Shown: positions 26,201 through 44,425 of the stretch, one piece after another
Position numbering within the stretch: position 1 is the stretch's first letter
How the letters are laid out: each line of letters opens with the position of its first letter
NCBI RefSeq assembly: GCF_048593235.1
Contig: NC_133619.1
Location: 62,944,454 to 63,008,453, forward strand
Reading direction: 5' to 3'
DNA: 64,000 nucleotides
Source: Sminthopsis crassicaudata
Taxonomy: Eukaryota
Made by a program: the position numbers and the translations under genes
Notes under the pieces: generated by a model
The model's input: only the letters and a program-made list of their open reading frames with translations
Database searches by the model: none
Told to the model about the DNA's origin: nothing

Positions 26201-28345
26201 GATGGACGTTCGACAGCACGGTCATCCTCAGGTAATCCAGAGTGCCCATGGATATCCCCATCATTGTTGGTGGTTCCATCTCATGCCCCCCAGCAAGTTA
26301 CAGAGCCACTGATTTGGCTGCCCATGGAGTAGGGAGAGGACTGTCACAGCAGGGATGAGGGCAGGGGTCCAAGTGTGGAGAGAACCACAGCTTCTCTGAT
26401 TGACCGTTTTCTCCATCTGCAGTGGATGTCTGGGGGCCAGACGGAGGCCTCAGTTTACCAGCAGGCAGAGGATGGGAAGACAGAGCTGTCACTTATGCAC
26501 TTTGCCATCACTAATCCTGGCTGGCAGCCACCTCGTGAGAGCACGGCCTTCCTGGGTTTCCTCAAGGAACAAGTTCAGCGAGATGGAGCTGCAGCTGGGG
26601 TCCCCTCAGGGGGACCCCTTCCTGAAAATGCTCTTTTCACTTCTATCCAGTCCTTACAGTCCGAGTCAGAGGTATGTCTTGAAAATTAAAAGTTCAAACG
26701 TGGCAGTGTCCACCTACTCTGGATGCTTTGGGTGGACAGAAGCCCTTCTTGGTGCACATGGCACCAGAGTCCCATCCAGGCCAGCCTTTTCAGACATGGG
26801 GCCTCGGGACTGTGAGGTCTGGAGTTGGGCAAGATCCGAACTTTTCCACCTTCCCTCCTTTCCCTTGGAGAACAGGGGGGATCTTGTCTTCCTTGGAGCC
26901 TTCTGACTCCTCCTCTTCTTTGCAGCCACTAAGCCTGATTGCAAACGTGGTGGCGGGTTCGTCATGCCGAGGCCCCCCACTGCCCCGGGAGCTGCAGGGC
27001 TCCAGACACCGGGCTGAAGTTGCCTCTGCCCTTCGGTCTTTCTCCCCACTGCAGCCAAGCCAGGGCCCCACAGCCCGAGCGCCTGGTACTCTGAGTGGCT
27101 CAGGGTGAGGAGCAGCGAGAAGGCCGAGCTCCTAAGGGGGCTCTCCTTCGGTGGGGAGGGTGGTGAGGGGAGGGGACCAACTCGAGGGGCTTGGTCTGGG
27201 TCTCTGGAGGAAGGAACAGCGGGAGCATAGAGAGCACTGCTTTGGAGAAGCAGATTCCTCCGGCTCTAGTGATAGAGCTGTGTTCTGGGGATACGGGGGA
27301 CAGGGTGGACGCCCGGACAGCCAGTTCTGGAAGCAGCGTGTGGGAGGGGCAGCTGCAGAGCCTCGTGCTATCTGAATATGCTTCCACAGAGATGAGCCTT
27401 CATGCCCTCTACATGCACCAGGTTAGCGGGTTGGGACTCAGGGCACAGGATGGGAATGCGGGGGCCTGGAAACCACTAGTCTGGGGAATGGCAAACTTGG
27501 CAATACAAGGGTTGGTGTGGAGGGGGGGGGTTTTCTCCAGTGCCATGCTGCTTGAGCCCCTTGTTGCCCACAGTTGCACAAACAGCAAGCACAGGCAGAA
27601 CCAGAGCGGCACGTGTGGCACCGACGGGAGAGTGACGAAAGTGGCGAGAGTGCCCCCGAAGAAGGAGTCGAGGGCTCTCGGGCCCCTCCCAGCCTCCCAC
27701 GCTCCGCCAGTTACCCTTGTGCTGCTCCTCGGCCCGGAGCCCCAGAAACTACTGCTCTTCAGGGGGCCTTCCAGCGGCGCTATGGGGGGATCACTGGTGA
27801 GGACAAGGCTCATGGAGGGAGGAGAGGGTTGTGGGAATAAGACAACTGGGGCATCCCAAGATGAGCAGCAAATCAATGATTGCCTCAGTCTCTTTATGTA
27901 AAATTGCAATTCTGGGGTGACGACTCATGGAGTAGTTCCTACCCACACAAGAGCACAAGTGAGAGTAGCGTACCCCACAATTAGGTTGGGCAGCCCCATG
28001 CCTTCCCACTGCTCACGGCACCTTGACTGGGGTTCTCTTCTCTAGATTCGGGCTCTGCACCCCGGGCTCCCTCTCACTTCTCCCGCCTCCCCCTCGGAGG
28101 GTGGGCAGAGGATGGGCAGTCAGCATCACGGCATCCTGAGCCGGTCCCAGAGGAGGGCTCCGAGGATGAGCTGCCACCCCAGGTCCACAAGGTAAGGAAT
28201 GGTCTCAGCAGCTTCTCCCTAAAGGCACAGGCAGGGTGACTCTAAGCTCCCCATCCCTTCAGCTCCTAGCTGACTTGGAGGAGGGCGGAGCCTCAGAGCT
28301 GTCTCTGAGCCAGGCACCTGCTCTCGCTCCTCTCTGCAGGTGTAG
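23266..28345 (+). CDS. ATG9A: Autophagy-related protein 9A lipid scramblase, 839 aa
   Basis: Coding exons 23266-23368, 23449-23492, 23728-23792, 24016-24177, 24708-24849, 24930-25678, 25777-25930, 26052-26231, 26423-26671, 26926-27104, 27304-27421, 27574-27796, 28046-28191, 28340-28345 (2520 nt). MAQFDTEYQRLE ... ELPPQVHKV*. Confidence 0.98.
23493..23727 (+). other. U12-type (minor spliceosome) AT-AC intron of ATG9A
   Basis: 5'SS ATATCCTT, branch TTCCTTAAC at 23711-23719, terminal AC; removal gives in-frame FFSR|VYNLHQ. Confidence 0.93.
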
Positions 28346-29378
28346 CCCCGGCTGAGGAAGGCCCTAGGGCCTTGATGAGCAGAAGTTGTCCTCGACCCCC
28401 ATGTGGCTGAGATCAGCTGGACACGGGGCTCCTTTGGGATTTGCTGCCTGGCTGTGCTGTTTTTGTCTGAGCGGGGCCCAGGGAGGCGCCAACTCTATAC
28501 TCAAAGTAGATCCAGAGAGCAGAAGGCCAGTCCTGGCAGCTGCAGGGCCTGGGGACACTGGACATTGGCGGAGTCCTGGCTGCCCAGCCCTGACTGCTGG
28601 CCCTACCCCCCCCCAAGCCTCCCGGTGTGGTGCTAGGAACCAGCCCCCAAGTCCCGGCCACAGCACTGCCACCTCCCCTTGCTACTGCCTGCCCTGCCCG
28701 GGCCATGCCAACTGGGGTGCCCGTGCCAACAATGGGGAAGCTGGACCTAGGCCCTTCCCCCTCCTTATTTGGGTGGGAGTTGAGGTGCTGAATGACCGTG
28801 GACCCACCCTGCCTTCCCCCTCCCCCCCCCTGCCTGCTCCCCTGCTCCCCGCTCGCTGGGGTTTGTGTGTTTGCCCGTTTGCCCCTGCTAGGGCTTGGCT
28901 TATGCTTTGCACAGCTCCCTCTGGCCGAGATGTGGCCCGAGACCCCCGGGGGGAGGGCTTTGTTTTGTTTTGGTTTTTTTTTTTTTAATTGCCGGAGCGG
29001 GACTTTGGAGCTCCTGATTTCCTAGGGTTTGGCCCTCCCCCTTTCATAGATGGGCCCCTCGGATCCTCCCCTAGGTCCTTCCATTCTTAGTCCTCCTGCT
29101 GCTGGTCGCCCCTTGTCCTATTCCCCGCAATCTCCTGCTTTGGAAGTGGGGCTGGCTCTGCTCCAGGATTTTTATTACCCACCAGGACTACACTTCCCGG
29201 CTTGCAGCGCGCAAGGGCGGGGTCGCTGCTCCCCTCTGGCCCTCGCTGGCGCGTTGCATGCTGGGATTCAAAGTCGCTATGCCGGGCACCGGTAACCACC
29301 GACTGATTTGCCGTGGTGGCTTTGGATCCGGAGTGGCGGAGCTCGCCCTGTAGGGCCGTGTACAGCTGGACGGCATTG

Positions 29379-29384
29379 AATAAA
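29379..29384 (+). terminator. ATG9A poly(A) signal
   Basis: AATAAA ~1 kb after the stop, followed by a GT-rich downstream element. Confidence 0.8.
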
Positions 29385-29559
29385 AGAGGGACTTTGATTT
29401 GGTTGTGGTTCCCTAGCTGTTTGGTGTTCTCGGCGGCGTTCCCCTTTTCCCGGCCCAGCGCCGAGCTCCGTCCGTCCTTTCCCCCTCCCCCCCATAGACG
29501 GAGAAAAGTTGGAGGAGTCCAGCTCGGAGGAGCCACCGGAAAACCCACCCGGTTTTCTG

Positions 29560-29828
29560 CAGAATGACATCGTGGGTGTTTAAGGGACCCCTACCTCTCG
29601 GCTGACTCCGTCACGTGACGCAGGGTGGGCCTTGTTATTTTGTTGCCTCCGCGTGCAGCGTGGCCTCCGCCCCTCGGGCAGAATTGGCCAATGGAACGTC
29701 TCTAACGGAACCTGGGGGCGGAGTGACAAACTGGGTGACCGGGAGGCGAGGGTGGAGCGGGAGCGTGCTTCTGAGGGACCCGACTCCCGGAGACCCCGGC
29801 GCATGCGTCGCCGCTGACCTACCCGACC
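29560..29828 (+). promoter_or_regulatory. ABCB6 proximal promoter with CLEAR/E-box
   Basis: GTCACGTGAC at 29610-29619, CCGCCC GC box, CCAAT box, CpG-rich. Confidence 0.65.
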
Positions 29829-35857
<6,029 letters not shown>

Positions 35858-36005
35858 CGGAGGCTGCAGGGAGCATTGTCGTCTTTATGGGCTCATGGGA
35901 ATCCCGTGATCGTGACATCCGGCTTCTCACCCCACTTCATCCTGTTCCTGGGGTCCACTTGTGGGAAGGCCATACCTCCCCCTTCAGGGAAAATGGGACC
36001 TCAAA

Positions 36006-36011
36006 AATAAA
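36006..36011 (+). terminator. ABCB6 poly(A) signal
   Basis: AATAAA ~150 nt after the stop. Confidence 0.8.
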
Positions 36012-36101
36012 GTGTGGCGTGAAACCCCAGCTCTGTTCTGCCTTTATAGAGAGAGCTTGAGAAAGATAGTGTAAGAAGGGTACCACTGTTTGGTAAGATG
36101 C

Positions 36102-36107
36102 TTTATT
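36102..36107 (-). terminator. ZFAND2B poly(A) signal
   Basis: TTTATT on + = AATAAA on -. Confidence 0.8.
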
Positions 36108-36425
36108 CCTTTCCAAGTCCAACCTGCTTGCTCACCATCTCAAGGGACAGAGGCCACAGCTCCAGGAAAACTCCTCCTCAGGGGACACAGAAGGAAAGAG
36201 GGGGCGGGGGAGAGGCTGGCTGCTTCTCTCCAAGCCAAACTCCACCTTCCCCCATCAGACATGCGTAAACAATAGGGCTTCCGGCCTCAGCTCAGGCACT
36301 CCTGGTGTGGTCTTCCTGGATTCCCACCGTCATTCTTGCTTTGAGGTTCTAGCCTCTTCCAGGGGACCCTGGAAGTGTGAGGGCCACAGCCCCTCTAAGC
36401 TGAGCCACCCTCCCCACTCCCGGGC

Positions 36426-39400
36426 CTAACAAAGGCTGCAGTTGGAGGGTTTCGGGCTTCGGCTTTGGGCCTGGAGCAGGGAAAGGGGAGAGAGAGAAAG
36501 GGGAGGGGCAGAGTTAGGGGCAGCCCCAGGGTAGAGCCTGAACAGAGACCCCTCCCCTCTGTTAGCCCTGTACCTGCTGCTGCTGCTTTCGGTACTCCTC
36601 CTCGCTGGCTGACAGTGCTTGGGCCAGGGCTAAGTCTTCTTCCTCTTGAGTCCTGAAAGTCGAGGGTCAGCTTGAAAACAGGCTTCTTAGCCCCTTCAGC
36701 CTCCCACTAAGCGCCTCCCCCCCACACCTCCCCAGTTCTCAGAGCAGGTACCTGGGAGCCACAGGCTTGCCCTCAGTCAGAGACAGGATCAGCGCCTGCT
36801 GCAGGGCTTCATCCTCGCTCTGCCGAGAAAGACAAATCATTCATCCCATTCTCATTCACCACCCATTCACTTCCCCATCCTGGGTTCCTATCTCAACTCA
36901 CCAGGCCATTCTGTAAGGCATGACTTGGTGACTCAGTAGCTCTAGGAGAGAGGAGAAAAACATAGCACGGGGATGGGAGCACAGGTGAGAAACAACGTGG
37001 GGAGGAGTGGAGACATACATACCTGCTGTGAGAGGGGGGCGAGGTTCTAGCCAGCCCTGAGTCAGGCTCAGGGGGGGTGCTAGAACCTAAGCCCTGGGCT
37101 CTGGAGATAGCAGCATGTCTGCAGGGGAGAGATACCTTCTACGTACACCCCAGGAACCAGTCACCTTCCCAGCTACCTCTCCTCCAAGGAGCAACCCAAG
37201 AAAAGTTTCCACTGGAGGGGGGGGGGCCTGTAGTTCTAGGGAGCCACTATGGAGTATGGGGCATTTGGGAAGTGCCTCAAGTTCAGGGGAGGGGGGTCCC
37301 TGAGGAAAGCGCTCCTCGAGTTACCCAGGCTGGCTGGAAGGCAGTCTGTGCCCAGGGCACTCGTGGTCTAGCGGGTGCCTGTGCTTGAGACAGAAGTTTC
37401 GGCTGCATCGTTCACAAGTCAACTCCATCATTTCCCGTTGCCGGCAGCCAGGGCGGGTACATTTATTGGTGAAGATCTAGGGGGAGACAGAAGACACTTT
37501 ACACCACAGACCTCTTTTTCTCCCTCATCCACTCCTGTGTGGCGGTCACCTAACAAGCCAGCCTTCCCACACAGGGAACCTCACCTTACGTTTGCGCTGG
37601 GCTGGGTCGGACCTGCAGTCCCTGTCGATGTGCTCCCCCACGGCACGGTCGGGGGATTCCCCTCTTGCCACAGGCACTGGTACGTTGCACAGCGGGCACA
37701 CAGGCACCTGAACATCCTACAGACAGGAAGGACAGAAGGAAAGGTACTGTTTCTCCCATCTGCTTCTAGTAAAGCCCCAGAATGTGAACTGTGGACTCTG
37801 GAACCCTTTCCCCCATGGCAATAACAGCCCTGACATAGCCTCAAGCTTAGATAAAGTAAGGGGATATGTTCAGTGTGTATGTAGCAAGGCCCCTACCACG
37901 TATGACAAACCATACTAGGTATACTGTGAGACCCAGCAATGTATCCTAGAGAAATATGACGGATATCTGGGTGGTACAGCGGGTAGAGAACTAGACCTGG
38001 AGTCACAAAGTCCTCAGTTTCCTCAACCTCTAAAACAGGGATGATGATTGCACCTATTTCCCAAGGTCACATGAGAATCTCCCTAAGCCTCTTTGAAAAC
38101 ATGTGAGGCACTATATAAATGCAATATATGACACGAATGATGAGTCATAAACACAAATCGGCACAATGCAAGACAAATTTGAGCAATGCCATAAAAGATA
38201 CATAAAGAGATCTATAAGGATTTAGAGAAAAAGGTATCTAGCTGAAGCTATCAAATCTTCATGTGTGAAGTGACATCTGGGTATTGAAGAATAGGGAAGA
38301 TTTAAACAATTTGGGGAAGAAGGGGCAGCAGCAATCTAATCCACAAGTGCCAACATCCAGGATAGATGGGAGAAGTTCTAAGGGTCAAGACTTTAGAAAA
38401 GGAGGCTGGAGGACTATGAATGTCAGTATCAGAGAATCAGGAAACTGAAGGGGAAATGCATGACGTGACAAATGTTAGGAAGACTTAGCTGGTGTAAGAT
38501 GTAGGGCAGGAGAGGGGGGAGACAATGGAGGCAACGGCCAGTTAGGCAATGAGGGTCTGCACAAGTGGAAGTAATGAGAGAAAGCAGTAGATAACATATT
38601 TTAGAAGCAGAATTGAAAGTGCTAGTAGACCGAATAAATGGGAGGGATTAGAAAGAGGGAAGAGCCAAAGAAAATGGATCAAGCTTGGATGACTCAGAGA
38701 AAAATGGAGAAGGCGTCCAGCAGGACATGTCAGATAGGGAAATCATCCTCAAACAAAGAATGTCTGAAGGCAGATGAAATTATCAAGGGTCAAATATATG
38801 GAGAAAAACTCTCAAGAAATCCTATTTGGGGGGGGGGGGGGCATAAAGGAGCCAAGGGAGAAGATGCTGCTAAAGGACACAATCAGTGTCAGTACAGCCC
38901 TGGTATTTCCCATCTCCCCCCACACACACACACATCCTCCAAAAGAAGTCCCAACCAAGCCCCACACTCACCTTCTGGTAGGCAGAGCCACAGTGATGCT
39001 GGTCATAAGCCACGTGGTCCGCGCAGAATATGCCAGAACAGGCGTCACACTTGAGAGGCAAGAAATCTGCAAGGAGGGAAAGAGGCTTAGCTTAGCCGTC
39101 TGAAGAGCCCGAACCCTAAATCACGCCTCAGTCGTGCCCTAAATGCCTTTTTTTGGTGCAATCCCCCTGAGCTTCATGTCATTCCCCCCCACCCTAAACT
39201 CAGCCTTCCCCTTTTCTAGGCCCATCACTACATTCCCCCCATACACATGTATGCACATATATACTCACACACCCACACATACATGCACCCATACATATAT
39301 ACACTTTCACAACACACACATGTGCGCACACATGTATACCAACACATGTACACACGCAGCCACACATAGGCACATTCACACATATTTACAGTACACACAC

Positions 39401-40052
39401 GCACCCCTACATGCATACACACATATAAACACTCACACATCATACACATGTACGTGCACACATGTAACACATGCATGTACACATGTGCGTCTTTACATAT
39501 ACATGCATACACATATATACCCACACAGTATACACACGCACGTGTATGCACACCACACATTTACACGTGCACAATGCAACCATGTATACGCGTAGTACAT
39601 ACTACACAACATGCACACATGTATACGCACACGTACACAATGCAGTACAAACCCTTACAAACATTTACACGGACACACATCCGCACCATACCTGTATACA
39701 CACAAATATACTTTTACAACACACGTATACACATGCACACTTACGCAGATATACACGTTTACACACGCACATGCACACACACACACACACAACGCTTGGG
39801 CACAGGTTTAATTTCTTTAGCCACCACACTTCCTCTAGGCACCTCCCACTCCTCAATCCCGGAAGTCCGAGCCCGTCCCAGCCCCCGGCAGACCCCAGCC
39901 GCGCACAGCCCCAGGCCGGGGTAAAACCCGCCTCCCAGCTCAGGCCCCGCCCACCGCCCCGCCCCCCATCGAACCGCGACTAGGCCCCTCCCCTCACCCA
40001 GGCGCTGACAGGTCGGTTCCGAGCAGTGAGCTCCCAGGTCCGGGAATTCCAT
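36426..40052 (-). CDS. ZFAND2B: AN1-type zinc finger protein 2B (AIRAPL), 253 aa
   Basis: Exons 40052-39998, 39066-38972, 37716-37585, 37476-37325, 37118-37023, 36941-36902, 36819-36752, 36652-36574, 36470-36426 (762 nt). MEFPDLGAHCSEPTCQRLDFLP, two AN1 fingers, two UIMs (SEDEALQQAL, EEEDLALAQALSAS), CAAX CSLC*. Confidence 0.97.
37955..38125 (+). mobile_element. MIR-type SINE in ZFAND2B intron 2
   Basis: GACCTGGAGTCA...CCTCAGTTTCCTCAACCTCTAAAACAGGGATGATGATTGCACCTA. Confidence 0.65.
38135..38830 (-). mobile_element. Degenerate L2-like LINE fragment
   Basis: Purine-rich degenerate sequence resembling the antisense L2 3' region; recognition by eye only. Confidence 0.4.
39225..39790. repeat. 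CA/TA-rich low-complexity tract in ZFAND2B intron 1
   Basis: ~560 bp of (CA)n/(CATA)n/(TACA)n variants. Confidence 0.9.
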
Positions 40053-41260
40053 GGCCGGGGATGGAGGGAGGGGCCTCTGCGTAGAGGAAGCGAAGGGGGA
40101 GCGCTGCGATGGCGCTAGCTCCAAACGCGGGCGGACCTACCACACCCTCGGGGGCTCCTCTGCCGCGATCCACTCCGTCCCGGGCGGACCCGCGGTTCTC
40201 GGAGCCGAGACCCAGCCGCCGGCGACCCTCAAACATCTGCAGGCTCGGCTCCGCCCCCTTTCCGCGCCATAGGCGCGGTGACGTCGCGGCACGCACCACT
40301 GCGGGCGCGTCCCCGTCCCGAGCGGCGAGCCGACCTCCCCCCTCCCCGCTCCCGCCAAGCCCCGCCCCCTCATCCCTCCCGGTCCTCTCCGAGGTTTTCC
40401 GCCTTGCCTTCGTGGGCAGAGCGAGCGAGCCGGTGCGGGAGCTGCCCTGGGGTCCGCGTCAGCCTCTGCTGGAGTGACAGGTCTCCTAACTTCCGAGCAG
40501 CCTGCTCTGCTGTAGCTAGCAGGCTCTGCCCGGGGGGCGCCGTGACCGCTGCCGGAGACGGCCCGCCCCCGGGGGTCCCTCCTGGAAGGAGAGCGGGGGA
40601 GGGGCGGCGAGGCCGACTGCCCTCTGTCCTCAAAAGGGGCCCGAGTTACATCTCTCTTTACATCTATGTGCTCCCCTGTTTCCGGGCTGCGGGTACAGTT
40701 TTAAGGGCTGGACGGTTCCCAGCCACTCTCTTCTGAGGCGGAGGGTACTTCTCGTTTACTAGTTCTGTGGCCCGGGGAAGCCGCGCCGTGACTCAGTTTG
40801 CAAAAGTGAGGGGACAGTGACACCGTCTCCCAGGGCTGTCGTAACATAAAACACCGCAAACCTGACACGTAAATGTGAACCACTATCTGCTACTGATGCT
40901 TTCAATAAAGGGCTTTTAAAATGATGTCATCTGGTTAATGCGGGAGCACTTCACCGCGGCCGACTTTACCCCGTCATGAAATGCTGGGTCCACGGTCAAC
41001 AAGCGCGGATGAACATCTAGCGGTAGGCCCGCCCCGCTCGGGGAGCTCCGGGTCAGACCGGGGTCAAAGAACAGCGTGAACCCGCGGGCCCAGGAGACCC
41101 AGAAAGGACGTGCCAGAACGTATGGGGAAACACCGCAGCACTAGTGGGGATGAAACTCTCAGCCCAGCCAAGAGAAAGGCCTCTCCTCCCCAAAGGAAAT
41201 CGTCCAGAGTCGCTAGGGAGACCTCGGGGAGGGGCCGGCTTCTCTCCGTGTCCTCACGAA
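40053..41260 (-). promoter_or_regulatory. ZFAND2B CpG-island promoter/5' region
   Basis: CpG-dense region upstream of the ZFAND2B ATG that ends abruptly at the ATCC repeat. Confidence 0.6.
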
Positions 41261-41344
41261 TTTCTCCCATAAAATAGTCTGGAATCATACAGACACATGT
41301 ATACAAACATATACAAACGCATACAGAGAGCTCTATGCGTATAT

Positions 41345-41966
41345 GTGTCTCTATCCATCGTCCATCCATCTATCCATCATCCATCTATCCACCCTTCTAT
41401 CTATCNNNNNNNNNNNNNNNNNNNNNNNNNNNNNNNNNNNNNNNNNNNNNNNNNNNNNNNNNNNNNNNNNNNNNNNNNNNNNNNNNNNNNNNNNNNNNNN
41501 NNNNNNNNNNNNNNNNNNNNNNNNNNNNNNNNNNNNATCCATCATCCATCCATTTATCATCTATCTATTTATTCATCCATCTACCTATCCATCATCCATC
41601 CATTTATCATCTATCTATCCATCATCCATCTATCCACCCTTCTATCTATCCATCTATTTATTCATCCATCTACCTATCTATCCATCCATCTATCCATTGT
41701 CCATCTATCCATCTATCTATCTATCCATCATCCATCTATCCACCCTTCTATCTATCNNNNNNNNNNNNNNNNNNNNNNNNNNNNNNNNNNNNNNNNNNNN
41801 NNNNNNNNNNNNNNNNNNNNNNNNNNNNNNNNNNNNNNNNNNNNNNNNNNNNNNNNNNNNNNNNNNNNNNNNNNNNNNNNNNNNNNNATCCATCATCCAT
41901 CCATTTATCATCTATCTATTTATTCATCCATCTACCTATCCATCATCCATCCATCTATCATCTACC
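41345..41966. repeat. (ATCC/ATCT)n compound tetranucleotide satellite interrupted by N-runs
   Basis: TCCA/TCTA units with a higher-order ~351-bp period; N-runs at 41406-41536 and 41757-41887. Confidence 0.9.
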
Positions 41967-42735
41967 NNNNNNNNNNNNNNNNNNNNNNNNNNNNNNNNNN
42001 NNNNNNNNNNNNNNNNNNNNNNNNNNNNNNNNNNNNNNNNNNNNNNNNNNNNNNNNNNNNNNNNNNNNNNNNNNNNNNNNNNNNNNNNNNNNNNNNNNNN
42101 NNNNNNNNNNNNNNNNNNNNNNNNNNNNNNNNNNNNNNNNNNNNNNNNNNNNNNNNNNNNNNNNNNNNNNNNNNNNNNNNNNNNNNNNNNNNNNNNNNNN
42201 NNNNNNNNNNNNNNNNNNNNNNNNNNNNNNNNNNNNNNNNNNNNNNNNNNNNNNNNNNNNNNNNNNNNNNNNNNNNNNNNNNNNNNNNNNNNNNNNNNNN
42301 NNNNNNNNNNNNNNNNNNNNNNNNNNNNNNNNNNNNNNNNNNNNNNNNNNNNNNNNNNNNNNNNNNNNNNNNNNNNNNNNNNNNNNNNNNNNNNNNNNNN
42401 NNNNNNNNNNNNNNNNNNNNNNNNNNNNNNNNNNNNNNNNNNNNNNNNNNNNNNNNNNNNNNNNNNNNNNNNNNNNNNNNNNNNNNNNNNNNNNNNNNNN
42501 NNNNNNNNNNNNNNNNNNNNNNNNNNNNNNNNNNNNNNNNNNNNNNNNNNNNNNNNNNNNNNNNNNNNNNNNNNNNNNNNNNNNNNNNNNNNNNNNNNNN
42601 NNNNNNNNNNNNNNNNNNNNNNNNNNNNNNNNNNNNNNNNNNNNNNNNNNNNNNNNNNNNNNNNNNNNNNNNNNNNNNNNNNNNNNNNNNNNNNNNNNNN
42701 NNNNNNNNNNNNNNNNNNNNNNNNNNNNNNNNNNN
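41967..42735. other. Undetermined sequence (769 N); other N-runs at 51339-51700, 56983-57112, 57468-57595
   Basis: Direct reading. Confidence 0.99.
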
Positions 42736-43489
42736 ATGATCCCTGGGAGAATAAAGAAGAATCTTTCTGTTGTCCAACCTCTCACCCCTTCCATAGGCCT
42801 GGGGTTTCCAGGTATCATTCTTTTCTCTATTCAGAACAGCCTTGTCCAAAATACTTCGGGCATCCTAGGTACTAGTGAGCTTAAACTGTGCTCTGTGAAT
42901 GAAGCAGAACAAGTTGAATCACTTTTCTCTTGACAGCTCTTCAGCTGCTTGAAGATCATGAGTGTCTAACTTCTCTTTTCCTCAATCATTGCTTAACAAG
43001 GTTTTAGGTCACCTCACCACACCCATTGTATCTTATTTTGAATGTGCTTAATTTTTCCATCGTCCTTTCTTAAAGCATTCTTCTAGTATTCTTGTCTACC
43101 GAATGTGACTTGTCAGGAGAGGTCATTAGGTCCCCTGAACTGAGTATGTATTTATTTATTCCTTTTGTACGTAATGGTTTTCAGTTTCAGATCTTGGAAA
43201 GCACATTGCACTGCTCTTGTATTCATGTTTGTTTTGTAGTATAATTTTAAAAATATATCTCCTAATAAACTGTAATCTCCATGAGGATGTAGCACCCATT
43301 CTGGGCTTACTCTCTCAACTCACAATAGGCTTGCAAGTTTAGTCCCTAGAATTCAGCTGCTATGTTTATTCCCCATAGGAGTTGGGGTAACCCTGAGGAG
43401 TAAACTTTCTAGTAGTTCCATTCCTGATCCCTACTCCCCCATAGTAATCAACTAATCAAACAAATCAATCAATTAATTTTTAAAACCAT

Positions 43490-44250
43490 ATTTATTATTG
43501 GAGAAGAAGTGGGAAAACTGGGATACTAATGCATTGTTGGTAGAGTTGTGAACTGATCCTGTCATTCTGGAGAGCAATTTATGGCCAAAAGGCAATAAAA
43601 CTGAACAAATAACCTTTGATCCAGCAGTACCACTACAGGTTTTGTATCCCCATGAGATCTTGAAGGGAAAATGACCCATATGTACAAAAATGTTTGTAGC
43701 AAGCTCTATTTGTGGTGACAAGTAATTGGAAATTGAGTAAATGCCAATCGTTTGGGGAATGGCTGAATAAGTTACGGTATACAAATATAACAGAATATTA
43801 TTGTTCTATAAAAAATGATGAACAGGCGAATTTTAGAAAAGCCTGGAAAGATTTACATGAACTGATGCTGAGTGAACAAGCAGAACCAGGAAAACATTGT
43901 ATATAGCACCTGCAATACTGTGTGATGATCAACTATGACACACTTAGCTCTTCTCAACAATACACTGATCCACGCAACTTCTGATAGTCTTGTGGTGGAA
44001 GACCATTCACATTCAGAGAAAGAACTATGGAGATTGAATGCAGATTAAAGCATATTATTTTACTTTTTTGTTGTTTTATTCTTTCTTGTGATTTTCTCCT
44101 TTTGTTTTGATTTTTCTTTTACAACATAATATAGAAATATGTTTGAAATGATTGCACGTGTATAATCTATATCAGATTGCTTGCTGTCTTGGGAAGGGGG
44201 GAGAAAAATTTGGAACTCAGAATCTTTACATGTAATTGGAAAATATTATT
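43490..44250 (+). mobile_element. Older L1 3' fragment (degenerate ORF2 end plus 3'UTR)
   Basis: GGGAAAACTGGGATACTAATGCATTGTTGGTAGAGTTGTGAA...; ORF remnant NWKLSKCQSFGEWLNKLRY...KAWKDLHELMLSE. Confidence 0.85.
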
Positions 44251-44269
44251 AAATGCCAAAAAAGCGTAT

Positions 44270-44425
44270 TTACTGAGACAAATAATAGCTAACATTTATA
44301 AAGCACTTTAGGATTTACAAAGTGCCTTACAAATATTATCCTATCTTCTCCTCTTCACAGCTTTGAGAGGTAAGTGCTATTATTATCCCCATTTTACAGA
44401 TGAGTAAACTAAATCACAGAAAAGT
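44270..44425 (-). mobile_element. MIR/Mar-type SINE
   Basis: ATAATAGCTAACATTTAT...TTATTATCCCCATTTTACAGATGAGTAAACT. Confidence 0.75.

Noticed and set aside
41345-41966. Regularly spaced repeats that might suggest a CRISPR-like array
   Set aside because: Tetranucleotide satellite in a mammalian genome; no unique spacers or cas genes.
41297-42933. 480-532 aa ORFs in the ORF track
   Set aside because: Artefacts of translating N-runs and ATCC repeats.
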